DNA of 64,000 nucleotides from an uncultured Myxococcales bacterium (GTDB lineage: Bacteria > Myxococcota_A > UBA9042), in contig CAIYBN010000145.1 in assembly GCA_903924465.1 (NCBI GenBank), positions 83,715 to 147,714 of the forward strand, in the 5' to 3' direction. Within the stretch, counting starts at the first letter, position 1. Every line of letters begins with the position of its first letter. The notes beneath the pieces were generated by a model, which ran no database searches, had not been told where the DNA came from, and saw only the letters and a program-made list of their open reading frames with translations. Positions 1 through 9,963 of this stretch are shown here, in pieces. The position numbers and the translations under genes were made by a program.

Positions 1-1450
1 TGCGCGCCACTTCGGTGACGAGGCCGATGGCGACGCCGATCGCGAGCGCCTTCATCACGTGCGGATTTGGATGCGCCAAGCCGTCCAGCGCGCCGACGAA
101 CTTGTAGGTCATCGCGCTGCCCCATTTCTCGGCGCCGGCGACGTGGCCGGTGAACTGGTTCTCGCGCAGGACCGGGTAGGCGCGCATGAACAAGCGGGCG
201 AGCATCACGCTCATGAACGCGCCCATGACGATGCCGATCACCTGGTAGCGGAACTGGATGTTGCGGTTGGTGCCCAGCCGCCAGCCGGTGGAACGGTCCT
301 GCTGCATGTCCACGCCGACGCTGGTGGAAATGAGCAGGATGGACGCGGCCATCAAGCCCGTGCCCGCGTTGGTCAGGCCGACGGTCGCAAGCACAAAGAC
401 GGTGATGACAAAAGCCGAGGAGATGGGATTGGAATCCGAAATGCCGCAGGAGATGCCGTTGATCAGCACGAACAGGAAGACCAGGGCGATGGCGATCAGC
501 ACGAACAGCAGCGGCGTGTGCATCAGCTGCGTGGCGACGACGATGACCGCGGCGGCCCAAAAGACCACCCAGGCGATCAACCGGCGCATGTCGCGCTTGG
601 CCCAGACGTCGGTCACCATCGGGTTCAGATTGTGGCGGTCGAGGAAGCGCGCGATGGCCTGACGGAAAATGAGCGTCAAGTCGACGATGGCCGCGCCCAT
701 GATCATGCCGAGCGCGATGATGAAGCCGATTTTGCGGAATGGCTTGCCGGGTTCAAGCCAGCCGATCTCGTTCAGCCACGGCGTGAGCCACAAGCCGACT
801 GCGCCCATGGCCGCGCCGGAAACCGCGATACGACAGCCGACAATCATCCCGGCGCCGATGTTGGCCGCCGAGATGCCGCTGGCTTCGACCGTGGCGTTGA
901 AGCTGCTGGTCAAGCCCACGACGATGCCGCCGACGGTGCCGGTGGCGAGTTGGCCGATGGAGCGCTTGAGCAGGCGAATGTCGGTCAAGGCGCGCAGGAT
1001 GTTGGCGACCGCGAAGCCGGACGGGTAGGTCAGCTGCATGCGGTCGACCAGCACCGGCGTGTAGAGCATGCCAACGCCGACGCCGAACATGCCAATGCAC
1101 AGGAAGTACAGGATGAGGTGCCACGCGGGCGGTTCGGGCAGGCCGAGCCAAACCATCGCCTGGATCAGCACCGCCATGCCGGCCATGCCGGAGACGGACG
1201 CCGCCATGGTCTGCATGTAGTTGGCGCCGTGCTTGCCTTCGGCGCCATAGCCGAACGTCACCGCGGAGCCAAGGATGCCGGCGAGCACCTGGCCGCCGAC
1301 GAAGAAGCCCAGCGAGAAGTTCATATAGGCAGCGGTGATGCCGCCCAGCGGGCCGAGGAAAAGGATGGCGACCGCGCCGAGCAGGACATAGTACTTGCGC
1401 GAGCCGATCGGCGGCAGCCACGTTTTCTTCTGGACGGCGGTGTCAGTCAT
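1..1450 (-). CDS. OPT/YSL-family oligopeptide transporter (3' end runs off the window)
   Basis: Read manually from ATG at 1450 on the minus strand: MTDTAVQKKTWLPPIGSRKYYVLLGAVAILFLGPLGGITAAYMNFSLGFFVGGQVLAGILGS...GANYMQTMAASVSG...LTYPSGFAVANILRALT. Many TM segments; the 'N-x-x-QT-x-AS' and 'LxYPSGxA' motifs are typical of OPT transporters. Absent from the ORF track because there is no stop in the window. Confidence 0.8.
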   Translation of the reverse strand, partial: MTDTAVQKKTWLPPIGSRKYYVLLGAVAILFLGPLGGITAAYMNFSLGFFVGGQVLAGILGSAVTFGYGAEGKHGANYMQTMAASVSGMAGMAVLIQAMVWLGLPEPPAWHLILYFLCIGMFGVGVGMLYTPVLVDRMQLTYPSGFAVANILRALTDIRLLKRSIGQLATGTVGGIVVGLTSSFNATVEASGISAANIGAGMIVGCRIAVSGAAMGAVGLWLTPWLNEIGWLEPGKPFRKIGFIIALGMIMGAAIVDLTLIFRQAIARFLDRHNLNPMVTDVWAKRDMRRLIAWVVFWAAAVIVVATQLMHTPLLFVLIAIALVFLFVLINGISCGISDSNPISSAFVITVFVLATVGLTNAGTGLMAASILLISTSVGVDMQQDRSTGWRLGTNRNIQFRYQVIGIVMGAFMSVMLARLFMRAYPVLRENQFTGHVAGAEKWGSAMTYKFVGALDGLAHPNPHVMKALAIGVAIGLVTEVAR

Positions 1451-1630
1451 CTCGTCGCTCACGCTCAGGTCGGGGCGGTTTTGGCGATGCACGACACGAT
1501 CCGAGCGCGCTACGTCACCCGGATCTGCGATCCCAGCTTGCCGCAGGTCCGTCGGCAATCTTGCGCAGGCGCACCGATGCGCGTCAAGAAGCGACGGTGT
1601 CGCCGCGCCACGTGTTGCGTAGGCAAGTTC

Positions 1631-1659
1631 TTGACCCGTCAGCGTTTGATGACTAAGCT
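1631..1659 (+). promoter_or_regulatory. sigma70-type promoter for the Cys-rich lipoprotein gene
   Basis: TTGACC(1631-1636)-N17-TAAGCT(1654-1659), about 60 nt upstream of ATG 1719. Confidence 0.55.
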
Positions 1660-1718
1660 TCACGGCTCAGCCTGCCCCGTTGATGTGACCCAAGGCAGCG
1701 ATTTTTGGAGTGTTTTTC

Positions 1719-4154
1719 ATGAAGCTTCTTTCCACCAGCCTCAGTTTCGCCGTCCTTTGCTGTTTGGCCTTGGCGGTCAACGCGTGCGGCAGCTCCACAA
1801 CGCCCGCCGGAACGTCCGCCGACTCGACCACCGGCAGCGACAGCGCCGGCTCCGACATCGCGTCCGGCGCAGACGGCAGCGGCGATACGGCTGTGGGCGA
1901 TGGCTCCAACTCGTGCTGCGCGGATCACGGCGCCGAGTGCGGATTCATCAAGGAATGTCCCAAATCCTGCGGCGCGTGCAGCACCAGCCAGAAGTGCGAC
2001 GCGACCCACAAGTGCATTGCCGACATCAAGGTCCCGCTGAACAAGTTCGGCGAGCCTTGCGGACCCAACAAGGATTGCCCGTTTCCGGCCGACACCACCG
2101 ATCAAACCGCCATGACCACCTACTTCGACTGCATCAACGCGCAGTGCGCAGACGGCGTGTGCAACGGCGGCGTCTGCACCAAACAGTGCACCATCGCGAC
2201 GGACGACAAGAACAACTCGACCGGCGCCGCTGGCGCAGACGGCATCGAGGACGTGGGCGCGACCAGCGACTGCAGCGGCGCGGTCGACGGCGTTTGGGGC
2301 AGCAAGTTCGCCTGCGTGCAACTGCTTTCGCCGCAAAATGGCAACGCGGCCAATTACATCTATTGCACGCCGGAATCCAGCTACAAGCCTTGCCAGGCGG
2401 ACAAGGACTGCGATGCCGGCGACTCCTGCCAGCTGCAGTTGATCTACGGCGCCTACCAGCAGATGTGCGGCCCGGCGATGAAGACCCCCGTCGGCACGAC
2501 CGGCTCGTACACGTACAAGCCCGGCAACACCATCGGCCAGCCCTGCAACAACGACCCCACCAAGGGCGACCTCGCGATGTGCGGCAATGACTTCTGCGGC
2601 GGCGCAGGCTTTTGCCTCGGCTTCTGCAAGACCGACGCCGATTGCGGGACGGGCGGATACAGCTGCAAGGCGAACGTCCAGGTCTCCAGCAACCCCGTGT
2701 ACAAGGCCAGCCTGTGCCTGCCCAAGGATTGCCAGGTGGACGGCGACTGCGGCACCGGATTCTTCTGCCGGCCCTATTGGAACGGCGTCAAGAAAGTGAC
2801 CGGCGAGCCCGATCCGAACGATGCGACCAAGACCGTGTACCCGGCCTTCCAGCCCGGCTGCCAGCCGATCGCCAACAAGACCGTCAAGCCCGGCGAGACG
2901 TGCGACCCGTATGTGAATAGCACCGGCGCGACCAAGCCCGGCGCGGCGTGCCAGAACCCGTACGCGTGCGTCGACGGCAGCTGCGGCAGCTTGTGCAAGA
3001 CCACCAGCGATTGCGCCACCGACCAACAGTGCGGCGTGGAAGAGATTCCGCTCGACGTCGACAACCCGCAGGGCACCGGCCAGACCGATGGCATTTATGA
3101 TTTCGAATTGTCGCTCAACATTTGCGCCTACCTGCCCAAGGCGGCCGGCAAGTGCGCGGCGTCGAAGGACTGCAGCGGTGCGGCCTCGTATTGCAAGGCA
3201 TTCGTGCACAAGCTGGACTTGCCCGTTGACGCGACGCCGATTGGCCACGACACCGTCAACGGTGTGTGCGTGGCGCCGGACACCAAGGCGGCCAAGGACG
3301 GCGAGGTCTGCGGCCCCGCGGCCAACGACGCCTTCTGCGCGAGCGGCTATTGCCTGGGCACCCAATCCTCCACCGGCACGCTCCAGCCGGGCTTCTGCGC
3401 CGACTACTGCTCCAGCAAGAGCGATTGCCCGGCGACGGTTTCCTTGGGCGGCACGAGCTACAAGAACATCTGCCGCTCGCTTCGGTTGGGCTACAACAAC
3501 ACCCTCGACGACATTCGCGACGACCTGTGGCTGCCGATTTGCTACCCGATCGCCGCGACCAACTCGCTGGAAGATTGCAGCACGACCAAGAAATGCACGG
3601 CAGCGGGCGAACAGTGCTTGCCGATGACGATTGCGGCCGGTCCGGACTCGGGCGCCAAGGTCGAATTCATCTGCGCCGCGGTTGGCACCACCGCAACGAA
3701 GAATGTGGGCGAAGCGTGCACCGCGAATCCAGCTGCCAACGCGGATCCAGAGTGCAAGCCCGGCCTTGGCTGCACGCCGGACGCGGGCGGCAAGGGTTTC
3801 TGCACCGCGCTGTGCGCCAAGGATGCGGACTGCGGCAGCGGCAATGACGGCATGATGTGCGACCTGCAGAACCAGTGGCTGCCGCGCAAGGATGTCACCA
3901 AGGCGGCGATTGTGCCGATCTGCAAGAAGGCCAAATCGTGCCTGCCATGCGGATTTGACGGCGATTGCGCCGGTGCGTACGCGTGCAGCAACATCGCCGC
4001 GACCGGCACAGCAGCCGATGGCCGCTGCGCGCCGACCTGCACGGTCGATGCCGATTGCGCGGGCAAGGACGGCGGCTCGAAGTGCGTCGCCGCGCTCGGC
4101 ACGGACGGCAAGGCAACCGGCGCCAAGGTTTGCGCCCCGGCGGCTTGCAAGTAA
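1719..4154 (+). CDS. Large Cys-rich lipoprotein with CxxDxDC-type repeats
   Basis: GGAG RBS at 1707-1710; lipobox (LALAVNA-C-GS); Asp/Ser/Gly linker; recurring C-x2-D-x-D-C modules (CQADKDC, CKTDADC, CQVDGDC, CAKDADC, CTVDADC). Confidence 0.8.
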   Translation: MKLLSTSLSFAVLCCLALAVNACGSSTTPAGTSADSTTGSDSAGSDIASGADGSGDTAVGDGSNSCCADHGAECGFIKECPKSCGACSTSQKCDATHKCIADIKVPLNKFGEPCGPNKDCPFPADTTDQTAMTTYFDCINAQCADGVCNGGVCTKQCTIATDDKNNSTGAAGADGIEDVGATSDCSGAVDGVWGSKFACVQLLSPQNGNAANYIYCTPESSYKPCQADKDCDAGDSCQLQLIYGAYQQMCGPAMKTPVGTTGSYTYKPGNTIGQPCNNDPTKGDLAMCGNDFCGGAGFCLGFCKTDADCGTGGYSCKANVQVSSNPVYKASLCLPKDCQVDGDCGTGFFCRPYWNGVKKVTGEPDPNDATKTVYPAFQPGCQPIANKTVKPGETCDPYVNSTGATKPGAACQNPYACVDGSCGSLCKTTSDCATDQQCGVEEIPLDVDNPQGTGQTDGIYDFELSLNICAYLPKAAGKCAASKDCSGAASYCKAFVHKLDLPVDATPIGHDTVNGVCVAPDTKAAKDGEVCGPAANDAFCASGYCLGTQSSTGTLQPGFCADYCSSKSDCPATVSLGGTSYKNICRSLRLGYNNTLDDIRDDLWLPICYPIAATNSLEDCSTTKKCTAAGEQCLPMTIAAGPDSGAKVEFICAAVGTTATKNVGEACTANPAANADPECKPGLGCTPDAGGKGFCTALCAKDADCGSGNDGMMCDLQNQWLPRKDVTKAAIVPICKKAKSCLPCGFDGDCAGAYACSNIAATGTAADGRCAPTCTVDADCAGKDGGSKCVAALGTDGKATGAKVCAPAACK

Positions 4155-4206
4155 CCGTTGCCGCAGCGGCGCAAAACTCCTCTCAAATCCATGTGCTGCG
4201 GTCCGC

Positions 4207-7200
4207 TTACCTGACCCAGATGCTGATGTCGTCGATCCCGTAGGAAGCGACGGATGGGTCGGCTGTGAGTGTCGTGACGAACTGCAAGAGCGCGCTGGCC
4301 GCACTGTGCGCGAACGTCACGTTGATGTTGCGTTTCAGGTCGGCGAGCGCCGCGTTGCCGCAGGAATTCGGATTGAGAACGCTGACCGCCGGGTTGGTCA
4401 CCGTGTCGCTCCAAACCTGCGTGCTATCGGTCTGCAGCATCACCGAGTTCCCGACCCAGGCGTCAATGCACTGCACCGTCCCTTGCACGCGCATTTGCGT
4501 GTGGCCGGGTAAGTTGCCCAACGCGTCGTTGATCGCGTAGCTCTTGCCGGCGATGTCCGCGCCGCCCAGGAGGCCACTGGTGCCGCAGACCGACAGCGTC
4601 TTTGGTAGCCAGGCGCCAGCCGAGGTGTTGAAGTCGTTGTCCACCACGCGCGTCCAGCCGGCCGCGTCGCACCAAAGTTGGACCGCTGGAGCGGCTGACC
4701 ATTTCAACCAGTAGACGTCGTGCGCCAGCACGCCATCCAGATCCAGGATGGCCTTGCAACTGGTCGCCGGCTGGCCCTGCGAGCCCAACACGCCGCAGCC
4801 TTGCACGCCGTCGCCCGCGTAGGGTGCGTTGCACGTGCACGTGAAGCTACCCGGTGTGTTGGTGCACGTCGCGTAGGCGTTGCACGGGGAGCCGGCGCCG
4901 CGGATGGACAGGCTACCGACCTCCACGCCCAAGGTCGCGTTCTTGCTGCCGTCCACCGTGTCGAAGGCAAACCGCACGCGCACCGATTTGCCGCCGTAGC
5001 CGCTCAAATACGCCGTGTAGTGCTTGTTCACGCCCATGGCCGCGGTTTGCGAAGATTTGTCCCACACCGCGACGACCTGTTCCGTGGCGCCCGAGCCGAG
5101 GACGAGTTGCACCGTGAACTTGTCCACGGACGTGGCCGCGTCCGTGGCGATGAGCACGTCAAAGCCAAGTTGGTGCCAGGGATGCGCGGACAACGTCACG
5201 GCTGGTCCCGTCGCCGTGCCTTTGTTCGCCCAGGTCGTGCCGTTGAGCGAGGTGTCGTAGTTGCCGGCCGCGGGATTGCCGTAGTAGAGCAAACCGTTCC
5301 ACAGCTGCCAGGACACGGGCGGCGGGACGGCGCTCACCTGCGGATTGCTCGGCGCGTAATCGAATGGCGCGTCCAACGTCCAGTTCACAACGCCCTGGGT
5401 GCTGAAGTCCCACGACCACTCCGACGCCGGGCATTCGTCGATGTCCACGCACACGAGGCCGTCGCCGCTGTAGCCCGGTTGGCAGGCGCACGAGAAACTG
5501 CCGGGGGTGTTGGTGCACAGGCCGTTCGTGCTGCAGTTTGCCGCGCCCGTGCTGCACTCGTCGATGTCCATACAGGTCTTGCCATCGCCGCTGTAGCCAC
5601 TTTTGCAGGTGCAGAGCGCACTGCCGACGGTGTTCATGCAGGTGGCGTCTGGCGCGCAACCGGCAATGCCCAGCAGGCATTCGTTGATGTCCGCGCACGT
5701 CAGGCCATCGCCGCTGTAGCCGGGAAGGCACGTGCAGGTGTAGCTGCCGGGCGTGTTGGCGCACGTGGCGTCTACGCCGCACGGCGTCGAGGTGCTGCAC
5801 TCGTCGATATCCACGCACCCGATGCCGCCCGCGCTGCCGTCGCCGACAAAGCCAGCGGGGCACGTGCACGAGAAACTCCCGATGGCGTTCTTGCAGCTGG
5901 CGTTGACATCGCAAGGCGACATCGTCGCGGCGCATTCGTTGATGTCAAAGCACGTCAAGCCATTGCCCGAGAAGCCAGGCTTGCAGGCACACGTGAAGCT
6001 GCCGGGGGTGTTCGTGCACGTCGCGTCGCTCGCGCATCCGGCGGTTCCGAGCGCACATTCGTCGATTTCCGTGCAGTCGGTACCGGCGAGACCGCAGCCT
6101 TCCCAGCCAGAATCGCAAATGCACTCGGCCTCAGCGCCAGCGTTCGCGGTGCCTGGGACGGAGTTGCAAGTCGCCACCGGCGGGATAGGCTCCGTCGCGC
6201 ACGTCGCGTGGGCCGCGCAGGCGTTCGCGGGGCACAAATCCTGGGTGGCGCAGTACGATTTGCCATCGCCAAAGAAGCCGGGCTGGCACGTGCACAGGTA
6301 GTCGCCGTCGGTGTTGTCACACTTGGCGTTGGCGGCGCACGGCGTGGCGAACTTTTGGCATTCGTTGATGTCCGTGCAGGTCTTGCCGTCTCCGGTGTAG
6401 CCGGACTTGCAGCTGCACACGAACGCGCCGGGCGTGTTGGCACACGTCGCGTTCGCGCCGCACATCGCGGTGCCGTCCGCGCACTCATCGATATCGCTGC
6501 AATCCTTGCCGTTGCCGCTGAATCCTGGTTTGCAGGCACACATGAAGCTGCCCGGCGTGTCCGTGCAGATGGCGTCGACTGAACACACGGCTTCGCCACT
6601 GGAGCATTCGTCTTGCTGGACGCAGATCCCGTCGCCAAAATCCTTGTAGCCCGGGTTGCAGGGACAGGCGAAGCCGCCGGACAGGTTCTTGCAGGTGGAA
6701 TCGACCGGGCAGCCGGCGTTGCCCGCCAGGCATTCGTCAAAATCCTGGCAGGCATGTCCGTCGCCCACGAACCCATTGCTGCAGGTGCAGGTGTAGCCGC
6801 CGTCAGTGTTGGCGCAGGTGGCGTTGACATCGCAGGCGGCGATGCCCGTCTGGCATTCGTCCACGTCCGTGCAGGTCAGGCCGTCGCCGCTCCAACCTGG
6901 GGCGCACACGCAGGTGAAACTGCCAGCGCTATTCGCGCAGAGTCCGTGGATGTTGCACGGTCCAGGCGCCGCTTGGCACTCATCGATGTCGGTGCACGTG
7001 ACGCCGTTGCCGGTGTAGCCCTCCTGACACTTGCACTGGAAGCCACCGATCGTGTTGTTGCAGCTGGCGTGCGCGCTGCAATAGCCGCTCAAACACTCGT
7101 CGACGTCGATGCACGTGGTTCCGTCGCCGGTAAAGCCGTTGACGCAGGTGCAGATCGGTTCAAGCGTGTCGGTATTGGCGCACGTCGCGTTCTTGTCGCA

Positions 7201-8244
7201 GGTATTCGCCTTGGCGCACACGTCGAACGCCTGAACCGTCACGGTCGGACTGGTGGCCAACGGCGCGCTCCGCTGATCGTCCGACGCGATGGCGGTGCAG
7301 GTCAATTGTGCGCCCACGGCGGGCGGCGTGCCGGTGGCGTCCGAAGCCAGTTTGTGCACGTTGATGGCGTTTTGCGTGACTCCTGGGTTGCCATAGTCGC
7401 CGATCCGCCAGCCCCAGACGATCGACACCGCGTCGCCATCCGGATCACTCGCCGCCACCGCGACAGCGCAGGTCACTTCGGTCAGCAAATCCACCGTTCC
7501 GGGAATGATCTTCAGCACCGGCTGGCTTGGCGGCGCATCGCCAATCACCACTTGCGCGGTCGCACCCGGACTCTCGCTCGTGCCATCGTCGGCCACCGCC
7601 GTGACAATCCACGTTTCGCCGCGCTTGTGCGTGCCCGCCGCAAGCTCGCCGTTGACGCCACCCGGGTGCACGGTCGCGTCGCCAGCCTTGTGCCAGTCAA
7701 AACGCACATGCAGCTTGTCCGGAGCGCGGTCCACGTCGGTCGGCGGCTTGGTCAGCACGGGCACCAGATCGTCCAGGGTCGTCGGCTTCTCCGGCTGAAT
7801 GGTCACGGTCGGCGCGGTGGGCGGCGTGTTGATGAGCAGCCCGAGGTCGCGCCCCGCGTGCACGCCATTGCCATCGGCCACTTCCACATGAATCGCCTGG
7901 GGCCCAGCCGGCAAATCCGCTTTGTCGAACACGCTCCGCGCGGTTGCATCCAGCGGGCCGCTCGCCAGCACCTTGTTGTCTGCTGTCGTCCAAACGGCCG
8001 TGAGTTGGTCGTAGGAAACCGTTCCACCGGTCACCCGCGCGACAAAATGGACATTGTCGCCGACATTGACCGACGCGCCGTTTTGCGGCGACTCGATCGT
8101 GACCGCCAACGGCATCGCAACCGCGTCGCCGGCATCGTCCGGCACGTCCTCCAGCGTGGCATCCGGCGGCACAATCCGGATTTCACCGCAACCGAGCGTA
8201 AGCGCAAACATCGGCGACAGCACAGCCCGGAACAGATACGACAT
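4207..8244 (-). CDS. Fibrillin-like surface lipoprotein: Ig-like domains, about 15 calcium-binding EGF repeats, an inserted jelly-roll domain, and fibrinogen-like and C-terminal beta domains
   Basis: Lipobox-like LTLG-C; tandem D-I-D/N-E-C...C-x-N-T-P-G-S-F-x-C-x-C-x2-G-Y/F-x-G-D-G repeats; 'ATSCKAIL...DVYWL...WCD..GWTRV' resembles a fibrinogen-like motif. Start chosen at MSYLF (8244). Confidence 0.85.
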   Translation of the reverse strand: MSYLFRAVLSPMFALTLGCGEIRIVPPDATLEDVPDDAGDAVAMPLAVTIESPQNGASVNVGDNVHFVARVTGGTVSYDQLTAVWTTADNKVLASGPLDATARSVFDKADLPAGPQAIHVEVADGNGVHAGRDLGLLINTPPTAPTVTIQPEKPTTLDDLVPVLTKPPTDVDRAPDKLHVRFDWHKAGDATVHPGGVNGELAAGTHKRGETWIVTAVADDGTSESPGATAQVVIGDAPPSQPVLKIIPGTVDLLTEVTCAVAVAASDPDGDAVSIVWGWRIGDYGNPGVTQNAINVHKLASDATGTPPAVGAQLTCTAIASDDQRSAPLATSPTVTVQAFDVCAKANTCDKNATCANTDTLEPICTCVNGFTGDGTTCIDVDECLSGYCSAHASCNNTIGGFQCKCQEGYTGNGVTCTDIDECQAAPGPCNIHGLCANSAGSFTCVCAPGWSGDGLTCTDVDECQTGIAACDVNATCANTDGGYTCTCSNGFVGDGHACQDFDECLAGNAGCPVDSTCKNLSGGFACPCNPGYKDFGDGICVQQDECSSGEAVCSVDAICTDTPGSFMCACKPGFSGNGKDCSDIDECADGTAMCGANATCANTPGAFVCSCKSGYTGDGKTCTDINECQKFATPCAANAKCDNTDGDYLCTCQPGFFGDGKSYCATQDLCPANACAAHATCATEPIPPVATCNSVPGTANAGAEAECICDSGWEGCGLAGTDCTEIDECALGTAGCASDATCTNTPGSFTCACKPGFSGNGLTCFDINECAATMSPCDVNASCKNAIGSFSCTCPAGFVGDGSAGGIGCVDIDECSTSTPCGVDATCANTPGSYTCTCLPGYSGDGLTCADINECLLGIAGCAPDATCMNTVGSALCTCKSGYSGDGKTCMDIDECSTGAANCSTNGLCTNTPGSFSCACQPGYSGDGLVCVDIDECPASEWSWDFSTQGVVNWTLDAPFDYAPSNPQVSAVPPPVSWQLWNGLLYYGNPAAGNYDTSLNGTTWANKGTATGPAVTLSAHPWHQLGFDVLIATDAATSVDKFTVQLVLGSGATEQVVAVWDKSSQTAAMGVNKHYTAYLSGYGGKSVRVRFAFDTVDGSKNATLGVEVGSLSIRGAGSPCNAYATCTNTPGSFTCTCNAPYAGDGVQGCGVLGSQGQPATSCKAILDLDGVLAHDVYWLKWSAAPAVQLWCDAAGWTRVVDNDFNTSAGAWLPKTLSVCGTSGLLGGADIAGKSYAINDALGNLPGHTQMRVQGTVQCIDAWVGNSVMLQTDSTQVWSDTVTNPAVSVLNPNSCGNAALADLKRNINVTFAHSAASALLQFVTTLTADPSVASYGIDDISIWVR

Positions 8245-8260
8245 GCGGCGCGCCTCGGGT

Positions 8261-8287
8261 GACAGCAAACTTCAGCAGTTTGCAGTC
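8261..8287. promoter_or_regulatory. Dyad (candidate operator) in a divergent promoter region
   Basis: GAC-A-GCAAACT-N5-AGTTTGC-A-GTC inverted repeat between the divergent starts at 8244 and 8378. Confidence 0.4.
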
Positions 8288-8377
8288 TTCGCGCCACCCA
8301 CACAAGCCGCTTGCGCCGATGCCGTCATGCGGCCAAGATCATCCGCGCGGCACACAACCGCATCCGGGGGAGCGAGC

Positions 8378-9109
8378 ATGCGACGTCTATTCGTGATTTT
8401 GTGCTGGTGCGCCTCAAGTTGCGCCGCCAAGGCCACCGATCCGGCCGCTGTCGATGATACCGCGGCTGTCGTGGACACGTCGGACAATGCTTCCATCGAT
8501 GGCGCGAGCGGCGGTGACATCGGCGCCAACATCACCTGCGGCGAGAATTGGGCGCAGGGCTACTGCGTGAAATTCACGTTCCACGGCCAAAAGTTCGATG
8601 GCCGCACGTTCACCTTGCAGCGCGACCTGACCGGCACGTCCAGCACGGTGGTCTTTGGCAACAGCCACATGCAGCCACCCGCGGCGTCGCTCGCGATTCA
8701 CGACACGTGGCAGTTGGGTCCCTTCAAAGACGTGCTCGATTTTACATTGGTCTTCGGCAATCTCGTCGACGCGCCCGGCTTTCCGCCGTTCGTGCCCAAC
8801 GCCGCCGACTATCCGTTCAGCTGCAAGCCGCCGTACGTCGACTTTTCCTATGGCAACATCCGCTACCGCTCGACCTGCCCCGGACTGCAAGGCGACATCA
8901 ACGTCAAGCTGTGGACCGCGACACCCGGCCAGCAGTTCACCGGCCGTTTTTCTGGACATTTGCAGCAGTACTTGCCCGGCCCCGGCGGATCGGATGACTG
9001 CAACCCCAGCGACGCGGCGGCGACCTGCAAGTCCGCGCTCAACACGGTCGACGTGGAAGGCACCTTTGGCCTGACCTTGCCCGCGCTCAACAGCGACGTG
9101 GCGCCGTGA
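8378..9109 (+). CDS. Hypothetical lipoprotein
   Basis: MRRLFVILCWCASS-C-AAK signal with lipobox, Asp-rich linker, globular Cys-containing domain. The ORF-track start at 8054 overlaps the divergent gene and was rejected. Confidence 0.7.
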   Translation: MRRLFVILCWCASSCAAKATDPAAVDDTAAVVDTSDNASIDGASGGDIGANITCGENWAQGYCVKFTFHGQKFDGRTFTLQRDLTGTSSTVVFGNSHMQPPAASLAIHDTWQLGPFKDVLDFTLVFGNLVDAPGFPPFVPNAADYPFSCKPPYVDFSYGNIRYRSTCPGLQGDINVKLWTATPGQQFTGRFSGHLQQYLPGPGGSDDCNPSDAAATCKSALNTVDVEGTFGLTLPALNSDVAP

Positions 9110-9963
9110 TGGACACGACGCGCTCCTGGCATCCCGACGGCGCATGGCTGCCGCTCGCGACGTTCGACGGCGCCCGCATCCACTTTGTCCGCCCGCGACC
9201 GGGTGCCGGACCGCCGCTGCTGCTCATCCACGGCTTTGCCCAATCGTCCTGGGCCTGGCGATTTGTGCTCCCGCAGCTTTGCCAGCAATTCGACGTGATT
9301 GCCGTGTGTCTGCCTGGACTTGGCTGGTCGGACAAACCGTTGAATGTGGACTACCGCTTCCCGGCGCAAGGGGCGCGGCTGCTGGAGTTGCTTGACCGCC
9401 TGAACCTGCCCACCGCGCATGTCTGCGGCAATTCGCTCGGTGGCGCGCTGGCGTTGCGGCTGGCCGCGACGCATCCGGAACGGGTGGATCGCTTGATCCT
9501 CGTTGGTCCCGCCGCCCACGGCATGTTTCCGGCGGCACTGGCAGCCGAGCTGCAGCATGAGGCGATGGCGCCGCTGTGGTCCGTGCCGGGATTTTCCTGC
9601 TTGCTCAAGCTGGGTTTGAAACACGGCGCCTATGTGCACCTGCCGATCGACGACCACTATATGGCGCACTTCATGGCGCCGCTGCGTTCACCGGGCGCGG
9701 TGCCCGTCACGCTGCGGGTCGCCCGATATTTCCGCAAGGATCTGCAGGATCTGGAGCCGCTCTTGCCGCAAGTCACCGTACCGACGCTGCTGATCTGGGG
9801 CGGCCACGATCGCCTGGTGCCGCGCCACATTGTGCGCCACGTGATACGCCGTGTGCCGCAGACGCACTTGGTCGTCTTCGCGGACAGCGGCCACTGCCCA
9901 CAGGAAGAAGAGCCGGTCCGGTTTGCCGCCAGTTGCATGGCATTTTTGCTGGAGAAACCGTGA
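9106..9963 (+). CDS. Alpha/beta-fold hydrolase
   Basis: LLIHGF oxyanion motif, GNSLGG nucleophile elbow, WGGHD acid region, SGHCPQEE catalytic His. Overlaps the upstream stop. Confidence 0.9.
   Translation: MMDTTRSWHPDGAWLPLATFDGARIHFVRPRPGAGPPLLLIHGFAQSSWAWRFVLPQLCQQFDVIAVCLPGLGWSDKPLNVDYRFPAQGARLLELLDRLNLPTAHVCGNSLGGALALRLAATHPERVDRLILVGPAAHGMFPAALAAELQHEAMAPLWSVPGFSCLLKLGLKHGAYVHLPIDDHYMAHFMAPLRSPGAVPVTLRVARYFRKDLQDLEPLLPQVTVPTLLIWGGHDRLVPRHIVRHVIRRVPQTHLVVFADSGHCPQEEEPVRFAASCMAFLLEKP

Noticed and set aside
59-2590. 843-aa plus-strand ORF
   Set aside because: Antisense/alternate-frame shadow of the OPT transporter and the 1719 lipoprotein; Arg/His/Gln-rich nonsense composition typical of high-GC DNA.
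1653-4304. 883-aa minus-strand ORF
   Set aside because: Antisense shadow of the Cys-rich lipoprotein gene.
4207-8244. Eukaryotic contamination suggested by the EGF repeats
   Set aside because: No introns, a bacterial lipobox, the same GC-rich character as its neighbours, and contiguity with clearly bacterial genes.
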